In this document: positions 47,269 to 57,152 of the stretch, piece after piece
How the letters are laid out: each line of letters begins with the position of its first letter
Numbering within the stretch: the stretch's first letter is position 1
NCBI GenBank assembly: GCA_963663965.2
Contig: CAXXFK010000040.1
Location: forward strand, 96,001-160,000
DNA from: Sedimentisphaerales bacterium
GTDB lineage: Bacteria; Planctomycetota; Phycisphaerae; Sedimentisphaerales; SM23-30
Direction of reading: 5' to 3'
Length of the DNA stretch: 64,000 bases
Position numbers and translations under genes: made by a program
Notes under the pieces: model-generated
What the model was told of the DNA's origin: nothing
What the model saw: the letters and a program-made list of their open reading frames with translations, nothing else
Database searches by the model: none

Positions 47269-48105
47269 ATGAAAAAACAAAATGGGTTTACCCTGATCGA
47301 ACTGCTGGTGGTCATTTCGATTATCGCCTTGCTGGTTGCGATCCTGATGCCCGCGCTCGGCAAAGCAAAAGAGCAGGCCAAAGCCCTGGTCTGTGAAACC
47401 AACATCAAACAACTCATCACCTGCTGGACCATGTACAACAACGATAACGACGGCAAAATGCCCGGCTCTTGGAACAACACCCCCAATCGCCATGGCGGCG
47501 GTAAACCCTCCGACTGGGTCTGGGCGCCCTGGACCGTTGGCGGTACCAATAATGAATCCGATGCCATTCCACTCGCGTCCCTGAAAACTTGCACCGAACG
47601 CGAAAAGATCGAAGGCTTCAAACGGGGCTCCATGTGGAAATATATCCAGGACCCCCAACTGTTGCATTGTGCCAGTGACAAAATCAATTACCGCAGCTAT
47701 TCCATGCCCGATTCCCTCAATGGCCATTGGGGCAGCAATGTCGGCGGAACGCACAACTGGCTCAATCTGATGCGTGTGGATAAAATCAAACGCCCGGCGG
47801 AACGATACGTCTTTTTAGAAGAATGTGATGATCGTGGCTACAATATGAATTCATGGGTTCTCCCCGGCCTGACCGGTAACTCATTGGGCGATCCACTGGT
47901 TACCTGGCATTCCGGATTGAGCAACCTGGGTTTCGCCGATGGCCATGCCGAATCCTACAAATGGTCTAAAGAAGTCGCTGACTATTTTATCAAATTTAAA
48001 TTCTCAACCATCAGTACCGGCACTGGTTCCGGCTGGGGCATGACCCCGACCACCCCGGAAGGAAAACAGGACCTCAGATATCTGCAACGCGGTTTTCCGC
48101 AATAA
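47269..48105 (+). CDS. DUF1559-type prepilin N-terminal cleavage/methylation protein
   Basis: [46 protein letters not shown] (H-X9-DG); AGGA RBS before ATG 47269. Confidence 0.93.
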   Translation: MKKQNGFTLIELLVVISIIALLVAILMPALGKAKEQAKALVCETNIKQLITCWTMYNNDNDGKMPGSWNNTPNRHGGGKPSDWVWAPWTVGGTNNESDAIPLASLKTCTEREKIEGFKRGSMWKYIQDPQLLHCASDKINYRSYSMPDSLNGHWGSNVGGTHNWLNLMRVDKIKRPAERYVFLEECDDRGYNMNSWVLPGLTGNSLGDPLVTWHSGLSNLGFADGHAESYKWSKEVADYFIKFKFSTISTGTGSGWGMTPTTPEGKQDLRYLQRGFPQ

Positions 48106-48134
48106 CCCATTATACCAGAAAGTACGATTGCACC

Positions 48135-49475
48135 ATGATGAGCAAAGAAAGAGTGTTGGCCGCGTTCAACCGCGTCCAGACCGATCGAGTTCCCATCGAT
48201 TTCGGGGGCCATCGGTCCTCTGGAATCTCCGCGATTGCCTATGCCCGGCTGCGCGATTATCTCGACCTGCCCCCCAAACCGGTCCGGGTCTACGATATGA
48301 TTCAGCAACTGGCTGTGATTGACGACGATGTCCTGGACCTGTTTGAGGTGGATACCATCGAACTGGGACGCGGTTTTTGTCTCCGGGACAGCGACTGGAA
48401 AGACTGGATACTCCCCGACGGCACACCCTGCCAGGTCCCCGCTTATGTCCATCTCGAACAACGCGGCCTCGACTGGTTCCTGCTGGCGGACGATGGCATT
48501 GAACTGGCCGTTCAACGCGATGGCTGTCTCTATTTCGAACAGACCTGTTTCCCCTATCTCAATCGCAATCCAGAATCCGAATCCTTTGACAACTTGCCCG
48601 ATACCCTCCGGCATGTTGTCTGGGCCTCCGTGCCGCATCCGGGAGCCCACCTGCCCTTAACCGACGAAAATCTAAAAATCATGGCCCAACGTACCCGTCA
48701 GTTACGCGCCGGCACCGACCGGGCCATTGTCGCCCTGGCCGGCGGCAGTATGTTCGAAATGGGCCATTACCTGTTTCGCATGGATGAATACCTCATGAAC
48801 CTCGGCCTGTACGGCGACGCCATGCACCGGTTCCAGGAAAAACTCTGCGAAATGCACCTGGCCACCCTGGAACGATGGCTGACCGCGATCGGACCGTATG
48901 TCGATGTGATCTGTTTTGGCGGCGACGACCTGGGCAGCCAGACCGGATTGCTTATCTCGCCCACCATGTATCGCGAATTCGTCAAACCCTATCACCAGAA
49001 AATCTGGCGGCGCGCCAGGGAACTGACCCAGGCCAGAATCCTGCTGCATTGCTGCGGTGCGATCAGGCCGCTGCTGGCCGACTTCGTCGAGGCTGGTCTC
49101 GACGCGGTTAATCCGGTCCAGATCAGTTGCGAAGGCATGGACGCCGATAGCTTGAAGGCTGAATTCGGTGATGCCTTAACCTTCTGGGGCGGCGGCTGCG
49201 ATACCCGCCAGGTTCTGCCCCATGGCTCCCAACAGGAGATCATCCAACACACCCGCCAACAGATCGACACCATGAATCAAAACGGCGGTTTCGTTTTTCA
49301 GCAGGTTCATAATATTCAAGCGAATGTCCCTCCGGACCACATTGTCGCTATGTTCAATGCCGTAAAAAATTATCCCAACTCTCGGCCCGGCTACTCCAAT
49401 GCCCGCGCCGGACACCGCTCGATCTCATTGCCTTCATCCAAAAATCACAAGCCCCAAAATAAAACCGGAGAATAA
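48135..49475 (+). CDS. Uroporphyrinogen decarboxylase superfamily protein (MtaA/CmuA-like methyltransferase)
   Basis: SKERV..A....DRVPID, GDDLGSQ..LLISP, HCCG, NPVQ, FWGGGCDT and VHNIQ. Confidence 0.88.
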   Translation: MMSKERVLAAFNRVQTDRVPIDFGGHRSSGISAIAYARLRDYLDLPPKPVRVYDMIQQLAVIDDDVLDLFEVDTIELGRGFCLRDSDWKDWILPDGTPCQVPAYVHLEQRGLDWFLLADDGIELAVQRDGCLYFEQTCFPYLNRNPESESFDNLPDTLRHVVWASVPHPGAHLPLTDENLKIMAQRTRQLRAGTDRAIVALAGGSMFEMGHYLFRMDEYLMNLGLYGDAMHRFQEKLCEMHLATLERWLTAIGPYVDVICFGGDDLGSQTGLLISPTMYREFVKPYHQKIWRRARELTQARILLHCCGAIRPLLADFVEAGLDAVNPVQISCEGMDADSLKAEFGDALTFWGGGCDTRQVLPHGSQQEIIQHTRQQIDTMNQNGGFVFQQVHNIQANVPPDHIVAMFNAVKNYPNSRPGYSNARAGHRSISLPSSKNHKPQNKTGE

Positions 49476-49493
49476 CACTCTAATTATACTATC

Positions 49494-50915
49494 ATGACTC
49501 ATCCATCCATTCAATCTGACCGTTCCATACCCGATCTGACGCCGGATAAAATTGATTCAGCCAAACTTAACGTAAGATACCTGATTTTCCTGACCCTGGT
49601 GGCCGCTCTGGGTGGCTTTCTGTTTGGTTACGATACCGCCGTTATCTCAGGCGCCACCGATTTCCTCCAGGAACGATTTCAGCTGAGCGATCTGAAACTG
49701 GGCTGGGCCACCGGCAGCGCCCTGATCGGCTGCATCATCGGCAGCGCCCTGGCCGGTTCCTACAGTGACCGCTTCGGCCGCCGCAACGGCTTGATTGTCG
49801 CGGCGATTCTCTATAGCGTCTCCGCCATCGGATCGGCCATCCCCCAGAACCTCATCCAGCTCAGTATCGCCCGCATCATCGGCGGCATCGGCGTCGGCGC
49901 CGCCTCGCTGCTGTCCCCGCTCTACATCGCTGAAATTGCCCCGGAAAAAATCCGCGGCCGGCTGGTTACCCTGGTTCAATTTGCCATTCTCATTGGCATG
50001 ATCGTCGTCTATTTCGTCAACGCCCGCATCGCCGCCGCCGGTGATACAGCCTGGAATGTCTCGCTCGGCTGGCGCTGGATGTTCGGCTCCGAAACCCTCC
50101 CGGCCCTGTTGTTCGGGTTCGCGCTCATGTTCGTACCCGAAACACCCCGCTGGCTCATCAAGCAAGGCCGGGTATCCCAGGGCACAGAAATCTTACAACG
50201 GATCGGCGGCCCCGGCCATGCCCATAACGAACTGCACGCCATTCAAAACGCAGTCGAGCACGAACAAGGCGATTTTCGCGAACTGTTTCGACGGCGCTAC
50301 ATCCCGCCACTCATCATCGGTATCGGCCTGGCTATCCTGTGCCAGGCCACTGGTATCAATGTGGTCATGTACTATGCCCCCAGAATTTTCGTCAGCGCCG
50401 GTCTGGACCGCTCCGCTGCCATGTCCCAGACCGTCCTGATCGGTTTGACCCAGCTTGTTTGTACCTGCGTCTCCTTTCGTCTGGTCGACGGCATGGGACG
50501 AAAATACTGCCTGTTGCTTTCCTCCGCCGGCATGGCCCTGGCCCTGGGCGCCCTGGGCATCGCCTATGGCTGGGATCAATGCCCCAATCTGGTATTACTC
50601 CTCTGCGTGCTGGCCTATGTCGGATCATTCGCCCTGGGTATGGGCGCGGTCCCCTGGGTCATACTCTCGGAAATCTACCCAACCCGCCTCCGCGGCCGGG
50701 CCATGTCACTGGCCATCTTCTTCATCTGGTTTACTAACTACTGGGTCTCTCAATTGTTCCCCCATCTGCTCAAGACCATGGGTAACAATGTCTTCTGGAT
50801 CTTCACGGCTATGTGCGTCATCGCCTTTCTCTTTGCCTGGCGCATCATCCCCGAAACCAAAGGTAAAACGCTCGAACAAATTGAACATGAAATGTTAGGA
50901 GCCGCGCATAAATAA
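49494..50915 (+). CDS. Sugar porter family MFS transporter; last codons supplied by the MITE
   Basis: GGFLFGYDT, SDRFGRR, PETPRWL, SEIYP..RG and PETKGKTLEQIE. Confidence 0.95.
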   Translation: MTHPSIQSDRSIPDLTPDKIDSAKLNVRYLIFLTLVAALGGFLFGYDTAVISGATDFLQERFQLSDLKLGWATGSALIGCIIGSALAGSYSDRFGRRNGLIVAAILYSVSAIGSAIPQNLIQLSIARIIGGIGVGAASLLSPLYIAEIAPEKIRGRLVTLVQFAILIGMIVVYFVNARIAAAGDTAWNVSLGWRWMFGSETLPALLFGFALMFVPETPRWLIKQGRVSQGTEILQRIGGPGHAHNELHAIQNAVEHEQGDFRELFRRRYIPPLIIGIGLAILCQATGINVVMYYAPRIFVSAGLDRSAAMSQTVLIGLTQLVCTCVSFRLVDGMGRKYCLLLSSAGMALALGALGIAYGWDQCPNLVLLLCVLAYVGSFALGMGAVPWVILSEIYPTRLRGRAMSLAIFFIWFTNYWVSQLFPHLLKTMGNNVFWIFTAMCVIAFLFAWRIIPETKGKTLEQIEHEMLGAAHK

Positions 50916-51078
50916 ATGCTGCATTTATCGCACAGTTTGTTGCCAGATTCAGTCGCGCCGATTGAGCGAAACCGCAGGCATAGTTATTATGCTATGTCGA
51001 GGATTTCGCGATTGAGAAGCGACTGAAGATGGCGGCAAGATGGGATGAGAAATGGAGGTGTTATTTTTGCGCGGTTCC
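50898..51078 (+). mobile_element. Palindromic MITE copy 2 (181 bp), TTA target duplication
   Basis: TTA at 50895-50897 and 51079-51081; same terminal inverted repeats as copy 1. Confidence 0.92.
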
Positions 51079-51131
51079 TTAGGCATCTGACTTTGCATAG
51101 AATAATATATCCAATCATCAGGAGATCAATT

Positions 51132-54100
51132 ATGAAACGATTATCATGGCTCGCGTTATGGCTGGTGTGCGCTCTGGTCACCATGACTGTTCAGGCAGAA
51201 AACACCATCTGGCAAATCGGCCGGGCCGACCACAGCGCGGCGGAGTTTTCGCTCGCGCCTAGCCATTACCAGGATCACACCACCCGGTTCCCGGCCGGAT
51301 GCTATTATGAAATCGGCGCATCCCAGCCATCTGATGACTGGTCTTATGTCCTGCCCGGACCCCGCGATGGCTGGGCCGGCAGCAGCGCCCACTCCGCCAC
51401 TATCGTCTTTGCTCTCGATCAGGCTCCTAATGCCAACTGCCGGCTGGAACTCGCCTTCGTCGATACCCACAACTATGCCCCGCCCAGACTCCATATCCAG
51501 GTCAACGGCCAGTCCCAAACGTTCAGATTGCCCGCCGGCGGACCCGATGACTCCATCAACGGCGACTACGCCAAAGGCAAACCTGCCCAGCTCAACGTCG
51601 ACCTGCCCGCCGGTCAACTCGTCGCCGGCAACAATGTGATCCAGATCGTCAACAATGATGGTTCCTGGTGCATCTTCGATAGCCTCACCCTCAAAGGCTC
51701 CGATGGTCCGTCAACTACTGCTATCAAACCCGACACTCGGATTGTCAATACCCAAACCGGCATGTTCGCCCTGCGCGGACCTGGCGATACCTGCCTCTCG
51801 CCCGTTGATCTCACCATTCTGCATACCAGCGAGCCGGTCAAGGTTCAATTCCAATCTGGAAATAAGACTCTCAGCGCCACCACCCTCAAGCGCGGCCTCA
51901 ACACCATCCAGCTCAGCATCCCTTCTGTAGACGCCGAAACGACGCTCCCCCTGAAACTGGTCATACCCAATACCGCCGCTATCCAGACCTCCGTAACCAT
52001 CCAGCCGGTCCGCAAATGGGAGGTGCACCTCATCCACCAGACCCACCTCGATATCGGCTACACCCACCCCCAGGAAGATGTGCTCCAGCTCCAGGTGGAC
52101 CACCTGAAAAAGGCGCTCGCTTATATCGAAGCCTCCAAAGATTATCCCCCCGAAGCGCAATTTAAATGGCACCCCGAAGGTATGTGGGCGGTGGAAGAAT
52201 TCTTCCGAACTGCCACCGACGCCGAGAAAACCGCCTTCATCAATGCCGCCCGTACCGGCCACATCCATCTCGACGCTTTTTACGCCCAGGCCATGACCTG
52301 CATCTACAGCGATGAAGAACTCTTCGAACTGCTGGCCAGCGCCAAGCAATTCGAAAGGGATTATCAGGTCCCCGTCCTCAGCGCCACCTCGTCCGACATC
52401 CCCGGCTTTGCCTGGGGCGCCGTACCCGTGCTGGCCCAGAACGGCGTCCGCTACTTCAGCGTCGCGCCCAACCGCGTCCATCGCATCGGCCATGTCTTCG
52501 ACTGGGGCGACAAACCCTTCTGGTGGCAATCGCCCAGCGGACAGGAAAAAATCCTGTTCTGGATGAGCGGCAAAGACTACTCCCATTTCCACGGCCAGCC
52601 CATCGGCCATCGCATCACCCCGCAGGAAATCATGCCCGTCCTCCAGGAAATGCAGGACAAAGGCTACCCCTACGATCTCATGCACCTCCGTTACAATATC
52701 GGCGCCGACAACGGCCCGCCCAACCCGGTCCTGCCTGAAGTTGTACACGAATGGAACAAAAAATACGCCTGGCCCAGACTCATCATCAGCACCAACTCGG
52801 CTATGTTCCAGGAATTCGAAAAACGCTATGGCGACCAACTGCCCACCCTGCGCGGCGATTTCACCGGCCACTGGGAAGATGGCGCCGCCTCCACCGCCGC
52901 CGATACCGCCATTGACCGCCAGGCACGCGACGCCCTGGTTCAGGCCCAGATCCTCTGGACCCTGCATAATCCCAAGGGCTATCCCTATAATGACTTCAAA
53001 GAGGCCTGGACCAACGCCATTATGTACGATGAACACACCTGGGGCGCCTGGAACAGCATTTCCGAGCCCGATAGCGAATTCGCCATCCGTCAGGCCGTCT
53101 ACAAACAGAAATTCGCTCTCAATGCCGCCGCCCAGACCAGCCGGTTATTAAACCAGGCACTGGCCTCCGAAATCGTCGGCACTCCCTCCACCATCGATAT
53201 ATACAACACTGCCAACTGGCCCCGGACCGATCTGGTCATTCTAACCGCCGATCAATCCAGAATTGGTGACCAGGTAATTGATGCCGCCACCAACCGGACT
53301 ATCCCATCCCAACGGCTCCAGGATGGATCCCTGGCCTTTGTCGCCCAAGAAGTCCCGCCCCTTGGCGCCAAACGCTACCAGATCAAATCCGCTCTACCCC
53401 TTAAATCCGGTTCCGCCCAGGCCTCCGGCCACACCCTCTCTAACTCGATCCTCTCGATCACTGTCAATCCCGACAATGGCGCCATCAGCAGCTTGAAAAC
53501 CAAATCCAATAATGCCGAATGGGTCCGGCCCGACAGCGCCGGTTTGAACGATTACCTCTACATCATTGGCCGCGACGCCACAAAAAACCACCAGTTGATT
53601 GAAGGCCCGGTCACCATCACCGTTCAGGACCCCGGCCCGCTGGTCGCCACCCTCGTGATTGAATCCGGCGCGCCCGGCTGTAACAAACTCACGCGCAAAC
53701 TTCGTCTGGTCGACGGCCTCGACACCCTCGCCATCGAAAACATCACCGACAAACTCAAGGAACGCCGCCCGGAAAGCGTCTTCTTTGCGTTTCCCCTGAA
53801 TATCACCGGCGGCCAGTGGCGCCTCGATATCCCCTGGGCCATCATGCGCCCCGAACGTGACCAGCTCCCCGGCGCCAATCGCAATTTCTTCACTATGCAG
53901 CGCTGGGCAGACCTGTCCAATAAACGGTCAGGACTTACTCTGGTTTCGCTCGACGCCCCCATGGTCGAGTTCGATCCGATATTTACCCGCCCCTACTCCA
54001 AAGAAGATTGGCGCACCCAATGTCAGCCCGATCAGACCTTCTGGTCATGGGTCATGAACAACCACTGGGAAACCAATTACAAGGCGGATCAGGAAGGCAT

Positions 54101-54470
54101 CATCACCTTCCGCTATGTCCTGCGACCCCATTCCGGCCCCTTCGATCCGGCCGGTGCCGAACAACTGGCACTGCACACCTGCCGGCCGCTCTTGGTCGCC
54201 CCGGCCGATCCGTCTCAACCAGCCCCGCAATTCCCCTGGAAGCTCAACAGCAGAGACATCATCATCAGCGCCATCAAACCCATCGCACCCGCCGGCACCC
54301 TGCTGCGGCTGTTTAACCCAACCAGTGAACCCGCCGTTGCCACCCTGAGCGCCTCCGGCTCACCGCTCCAGGTCCAACACTGCTCACCCATCGGCGAACC
54401 CCTCGAACCGCTCCAACCGCGACTCACTCTCAAACCCATGGAGATCCTCAATATCCGTATCAACCAATAA
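51132..54470 (+). CDS. Secreted GH38-like (alpha-mannosidase family) glycoside hydrolase with N-terminal PL4-domain-III-like module
   Basis: HQTHLDIGYT, DIPG..W and YDEHTWG; AGGAG RBS before ATG 51132 (the ORF-track start 51045 lies inside the MITE). Confidence 0.85.
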   Translation: MKRLSWLALWLVCALVTMTVQAENTIWQIGRADHSAAEFSLAPSHYQDHTTRFPAGCYYEIGASQPSDDWSYVLPGPRDGWAGSSAHSATIVFALDQAPNANCRLELAFVDTHNYAPPRLHIQVNGQSQTFRLPAGGPDDSINGDYAKGKPAQLNVDLPAGQLVAGNNVIQIVNNDGSWCIFDSLTLKGSDGPSTTAIKPDTRIVNTQTGMFALRGPGDTCLSPVDLTILHTSEPVKVQFQSGNKTLSATTLKRGLNTIQLSIPSVDAETTLPLKLVIPNTAAIQTSVTIQPVRKWEVHLIHQTHLDIGYTHPQEDVLQLQVDHLKKALAYIEASKDYPPEAQFKWHPEGMWAVEEFFRTATDAEKTAFINAARTGHIHLDAFYAQAMTCIYSDEELFELLASAKQFERDYQVPVLSATSSDIPGFAWGAVPVLAQNGVRYFSVAPNRVHRIGHVFDWGDKPFWWQSPSGQEKILFWMSGKDYSHFHGQPIGHRITPQEIMPVLQEMQDKGYPYDLMHLRYNIGADNGPPNPVLPEVVHEWNKKYAWPRLIISTNSAMFQEFEKRYGDQLPTLRGDFTGHWEDGAASTAADTAIDRQARDALVQAQILWTLHNPKGYPYNDFKEAWTNAIMYDEHTWGAWNSISEPDSEFAIRQAVYKQKFALNAAAQTSRLLNQALASEIVGTPSTIDIYNTANWPRTDLVILTADQSRIGDQVIDAATNRTIPSQRLQDGSLAFVAQEVPPLGAKRYQIKSALPLKSGSAQASGHTLSNSILSITVNPDNGAISSLKTKSNNAEWVRPDSAGLNDYLYIIGRDATKNHQLIEGPVTITVQDPGPLVATLVIESGAPGCNKLTRKLRLVDGLDTLAIENITDKLKERRPESVFFAFPLNITGGQWRLDIPWAIMRPERDQLPGANRNFFTMQRWADLSNKRSGLTLVSLDAPMVEFDPIFTRPYSKEDWRTQCQPDQTFWSWVMNNHWETNYKADQEGIITFRYVLRPHSGPFDPAGAEQLALHTCRPLLVAPADPSQPAPQFPWKLNSRDIIISAIKPIAPAGTLLRLFNPTSEPAVATLSASGSPLQVQHCSPIGEPLEPLQPRLTLKPMEILNIRINQ

Positions 54471-54494
54471 ATTAACAAATAAATTCTGTACCAT

Positions 54495-54526
54495 AAAGGG
54501 GCATCGTATATGGTGCCCCTTTTTTT
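54495..54526. terminator. Terminator between convergent genes
   Basis: AAAGGGGCATC-GTATAT-GGTGCCCCTTTTTTT. Confidence 0.85.
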
Positions 54527-54534
54527 ATGAATCG

Positions 54535-55821
54535 TCAAGGCTTCGCCGCCTCATATTCCACCGCCCCCATATCAACGGTATCCCCCACCAGCCTGGGCTT
54601 TCTAAAGAAATCCAACTTGGGTATGAACTCATTATTTCCCGCGTCCCGCGCCGGCGCATCGGCCTTGAGCCGCAGATCCCGTTTCGCGTAATCCACAAAA
54701 AATTTATCATAATCGGTAATCGTCAGATTATGGTCGATCTGCCCCACTTCCAGTTGCGATGCGATTTTGGGCGACAGATTATTCCGGATCAGGTTGCCGG
54801 TGCTTTCGGTTTTTTTCTTGTGCTTGGCAATCATAATCCACGGCGGCCCCGGCTTGACATCATTCAAATCCACCACCGTATTATTTATAATCCGGCAGTT
54901 CCTCGCCCCCAGCAAGGTGATCCCGTGCCAGTGATCGATCATAATGATATTGTTCACAATCGTCCAGCCTTCATAATACCCATCAAAACACCCTATCCCT
55001 TGCAACGTCCCGCGATGCTTCTGCTTCGGATCGGTATAATTGATGATCAGGTTCCCCTCGATCAGCACATCCTTCACAACCCCGCTGCCCACGCCCTCCG
55101 GCCCTACACTCCACGATTGAATCCCGTCATCATGGTTCTCATCGACATCGTAACAGTTCCGGATGACATTATAGCGATACACACAGCGATCGCCCAGCGC
55201 CCGCATCCCATCCCCCGAAAAATTCTCGACCGTATTATTCTCAACTATATTATCATTGCCATCCACCGAGATTCCATGATCGACATTCAGCAACCGGTTA
55301 TTCATAATCCGGTTCCGGTCACCCCGGATCAGAAACCCGCTGCACGATTGTTTGACCCAATCCTCAGCCGACCACTCCGCCGTATCCCTGGCCGAATACA
55401 GCAGGCAATTCTCAAATACCAGTTCCGACGCATCCCCTGCCGTATCCACCAGCGTATATGGACGCTCCATCTTTTCTAAATCCGGCGCGAACTCGATACC
55501 TTTAAAATGCCAGTTCCGCGCTTTGCCGGTCCTCAACCGGCTCAACGTCGGATGCTCACCCGGATAATTTTCAATCGTCACTACCCCCTCATTCTCACCA
55601 CGCAGGGTCACCGCCCCATAGTTTCCACCGCGTAAAATAATCCGATCCCCCGCTTTCAACGCCGCTTTCCCACCCGTCACCTCCTGCAAACTCTGCAACG
55701 GCAACTCCAAAGTACCCGGATTATCAGGCCGTCCATGCTCCGGATCCACATAATACGTTGTTCCCCATACCAGTCCGGGAAAACCTAACCAAAGCAGTAT
55801 CAAATATTTATTCATAATCAT
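54535..55821 (-). CDS. Secreted right-handed parallel beta-helix protein (polysaccharide lyase/hydrolase-like)
   Basis: YYVDP..G, GDRI.LRGGNY, NHDDGIQ and C-terminal DMGAVEY; signal peptide from ATG 55821/55815. Confidence 0.8.
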   Translation of the reverse strand: MIMNKYLILLWLGFPGLVWGTTYYVDPEHGRPDNPGTLELPLQSLQEVTGGKAALKAGDRIILRGGNYGAVTLRGENEGVVTIENYPGEHPTLSRLRTGKARNWHFKGIEFAPDLEKMERPYTLVDTAGDASELVFENCLLYSARDTAEWSAEDWVKQSCSGFLIRGDRNRIMNNRLLNVDHGISVDGNDNIVENNTVENFSGDGMRALGDRCVYRYNVIRNCYDVDENHDDGIQSWSVGPEGVGSGVVKDVLIEGNLIINYTDPKQKHRGTLQGIGCFDGYYEGWTIVNNIIMIDHWHGITLLGARNCRIINNTVVDLNDVKPGPPWIMIAKHKKKTESTGNLIRNNLSPKIASQLEVGQIDHNLTITDYDKFFVDYAKRDLRLKADAPARDAGNNEFIPKLDFFRKPRLVGDTVDMGAVEYEAAKP

Positions 55822-55940
55822 CACACCATTCGAAAAGTGAATTTTCCAGCATCGCACCTTCAGATTCGTTGACTCACGTGCCATACGCCTCAGACAGCCA
55901 AACGCCACCTTCTCCAACCTATTGCTCAAGATATGACCCG

Positions 55941-57146
55941 CTATTCAGTATACACCCGGATCGCCTTAACCGGCCGGGTCGGACAGGCCGCCTGACACGC
56001 GCCGCAGCCATTGCATTTCTCCGGATCGATAACCGGAGCAAGGGTATAGCTGGCTTCCGAAAATTCGTAGTGAACCGCGCCATAAGGACACCAGCGTTGA
56101 CAGGCTGAGCATTCCCGGTCATCACCCAGCAGACAGATTTCCATATCAACTTGAGGAAATCCAAGCCTGACCGCCGGTTTCTCATCCAGTGGCAAAGCCG
56201 TCAATGCCCCACTGGGACATACCCCGCCACATGCCACACAGTCTTCCCGGCAATAGTCAGCTGAATAATCCAGCACCGGCGCCAGAAAACCCAGTAGACG
56301 CTGTTGATCGGTATCATAAGTAATAATCTGGGCCGGACAGACCTTGGCACAGTTCCCACATCGAATACAAAGCCCGGCCAAACACGACTCATCAGCCGCC
56401 CCGGGCGGCCGCAGTGGCTTCGGCCCCTTTTTACCTGCTCCCTTAGCCAGCGAACCCCCAACCACGCCCAACCCCATCGCGATAATCGTACGACGGGCAA
56501 CGACAACCAATGATGCCTTCTGTTGGCCAGCGTCAGTTTTGCCAGTTCTACTTCGGAGTAAACCTTTTATTTGCGTTAAAACATCCTGCCAAGCCCCCAG
56601 CGGACAGATCCTCCCACACCACACATTTGGCCAGATCACACAAGCCAGCCAGATCGCCCCCAACACAATCACCCAACTCCAGCCGGACAGGCCTCCCGCT
56701 GCCGGCGGATGACGCAGCACTCCGGAAAACAGCGCCAGCGGATCCAGCCACAGCAACAATGGATAGCCCAGCAATGCCCCGCCCAATGTCAACAGCAGCA
56801 GCCAGGGTCCAAACTTAAATCCTTTCAGGCTTTTACGACCGAATCGCCGCCCCAGGTTACTCGCGGTATCCAGACACAACCCCATCGGACAAAGCCAGCG
56901 ACAAAACCAGCGCGGCCGCCACACCGTCACTATCCCGATCACCAGTCCCGATAGCGCGAATACCTGAAACACGCGGGTAGCAATCAATGTTCCAACCGTA
57001 ACCAGCGGACTCATGGATACCACCGCCGCCGCCACTGAATCCAGCGGTACAAGCCCACCCAGACAGCCAATCATTCCCACCAGTGACAACAGCCTGACCA
57101 CTCGCCGGAAATGTTTCTTTATTATTTTGGGCGCTGGGGTTGTCAA
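55941..57146 (-). CDS. Membrane-bound 4Fe-4S protein (NapH/MauN-like membrane part plus NapF/G-like ferredoxin)
   Basis: CRWLCP.G and CGRICP.G; LRPPGA; several CxxCxxCxxxCP motifs. Confidence 0.88.
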   Translation of the reverse strand: MTTPAPKIIKKHFRRVVRLLSLVGMIGCLGGLVPLDSVAAAVVSMSPLVTVGTLIATRVFQVFALSGLVIGIVTVWRPRWFCRWLCPMGLCLDTASNLGRRFGRKSLKGFKFGPWLLLLTLGGALLGYPLLLWLDPLALFSGVLRHPPAAGGLSGWSWVIVLGAIWLACVIWPNVWCGRICPLGAWQDVLTQIKGLLRSRTGKTDAGQQKASLVVVARRTIIAMGLGVVGGSLAKGAGKKGPKPLRPPGAADESCLAGLCIRCGNCAKVCPAQIITYDTDQQRLLGFLAPVLDYSADYCREDCVACGGVCPSGALTALPLDEKPAVRLGFPQVDMEICLLGDDRECSACQRWCPYGAVHYEFSEASYTLAPVIDPEKCNGCGACQAACPTRPVKAIRVYTE

Positions 57147-57152
57147 AACCGG

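Noticed and set aside
51045..51131. ORF-track N-terminal extension of the GH38-like gene
   Set aside because: Begins inside the MITE; the RBS and signal peptide fit ATG 51132
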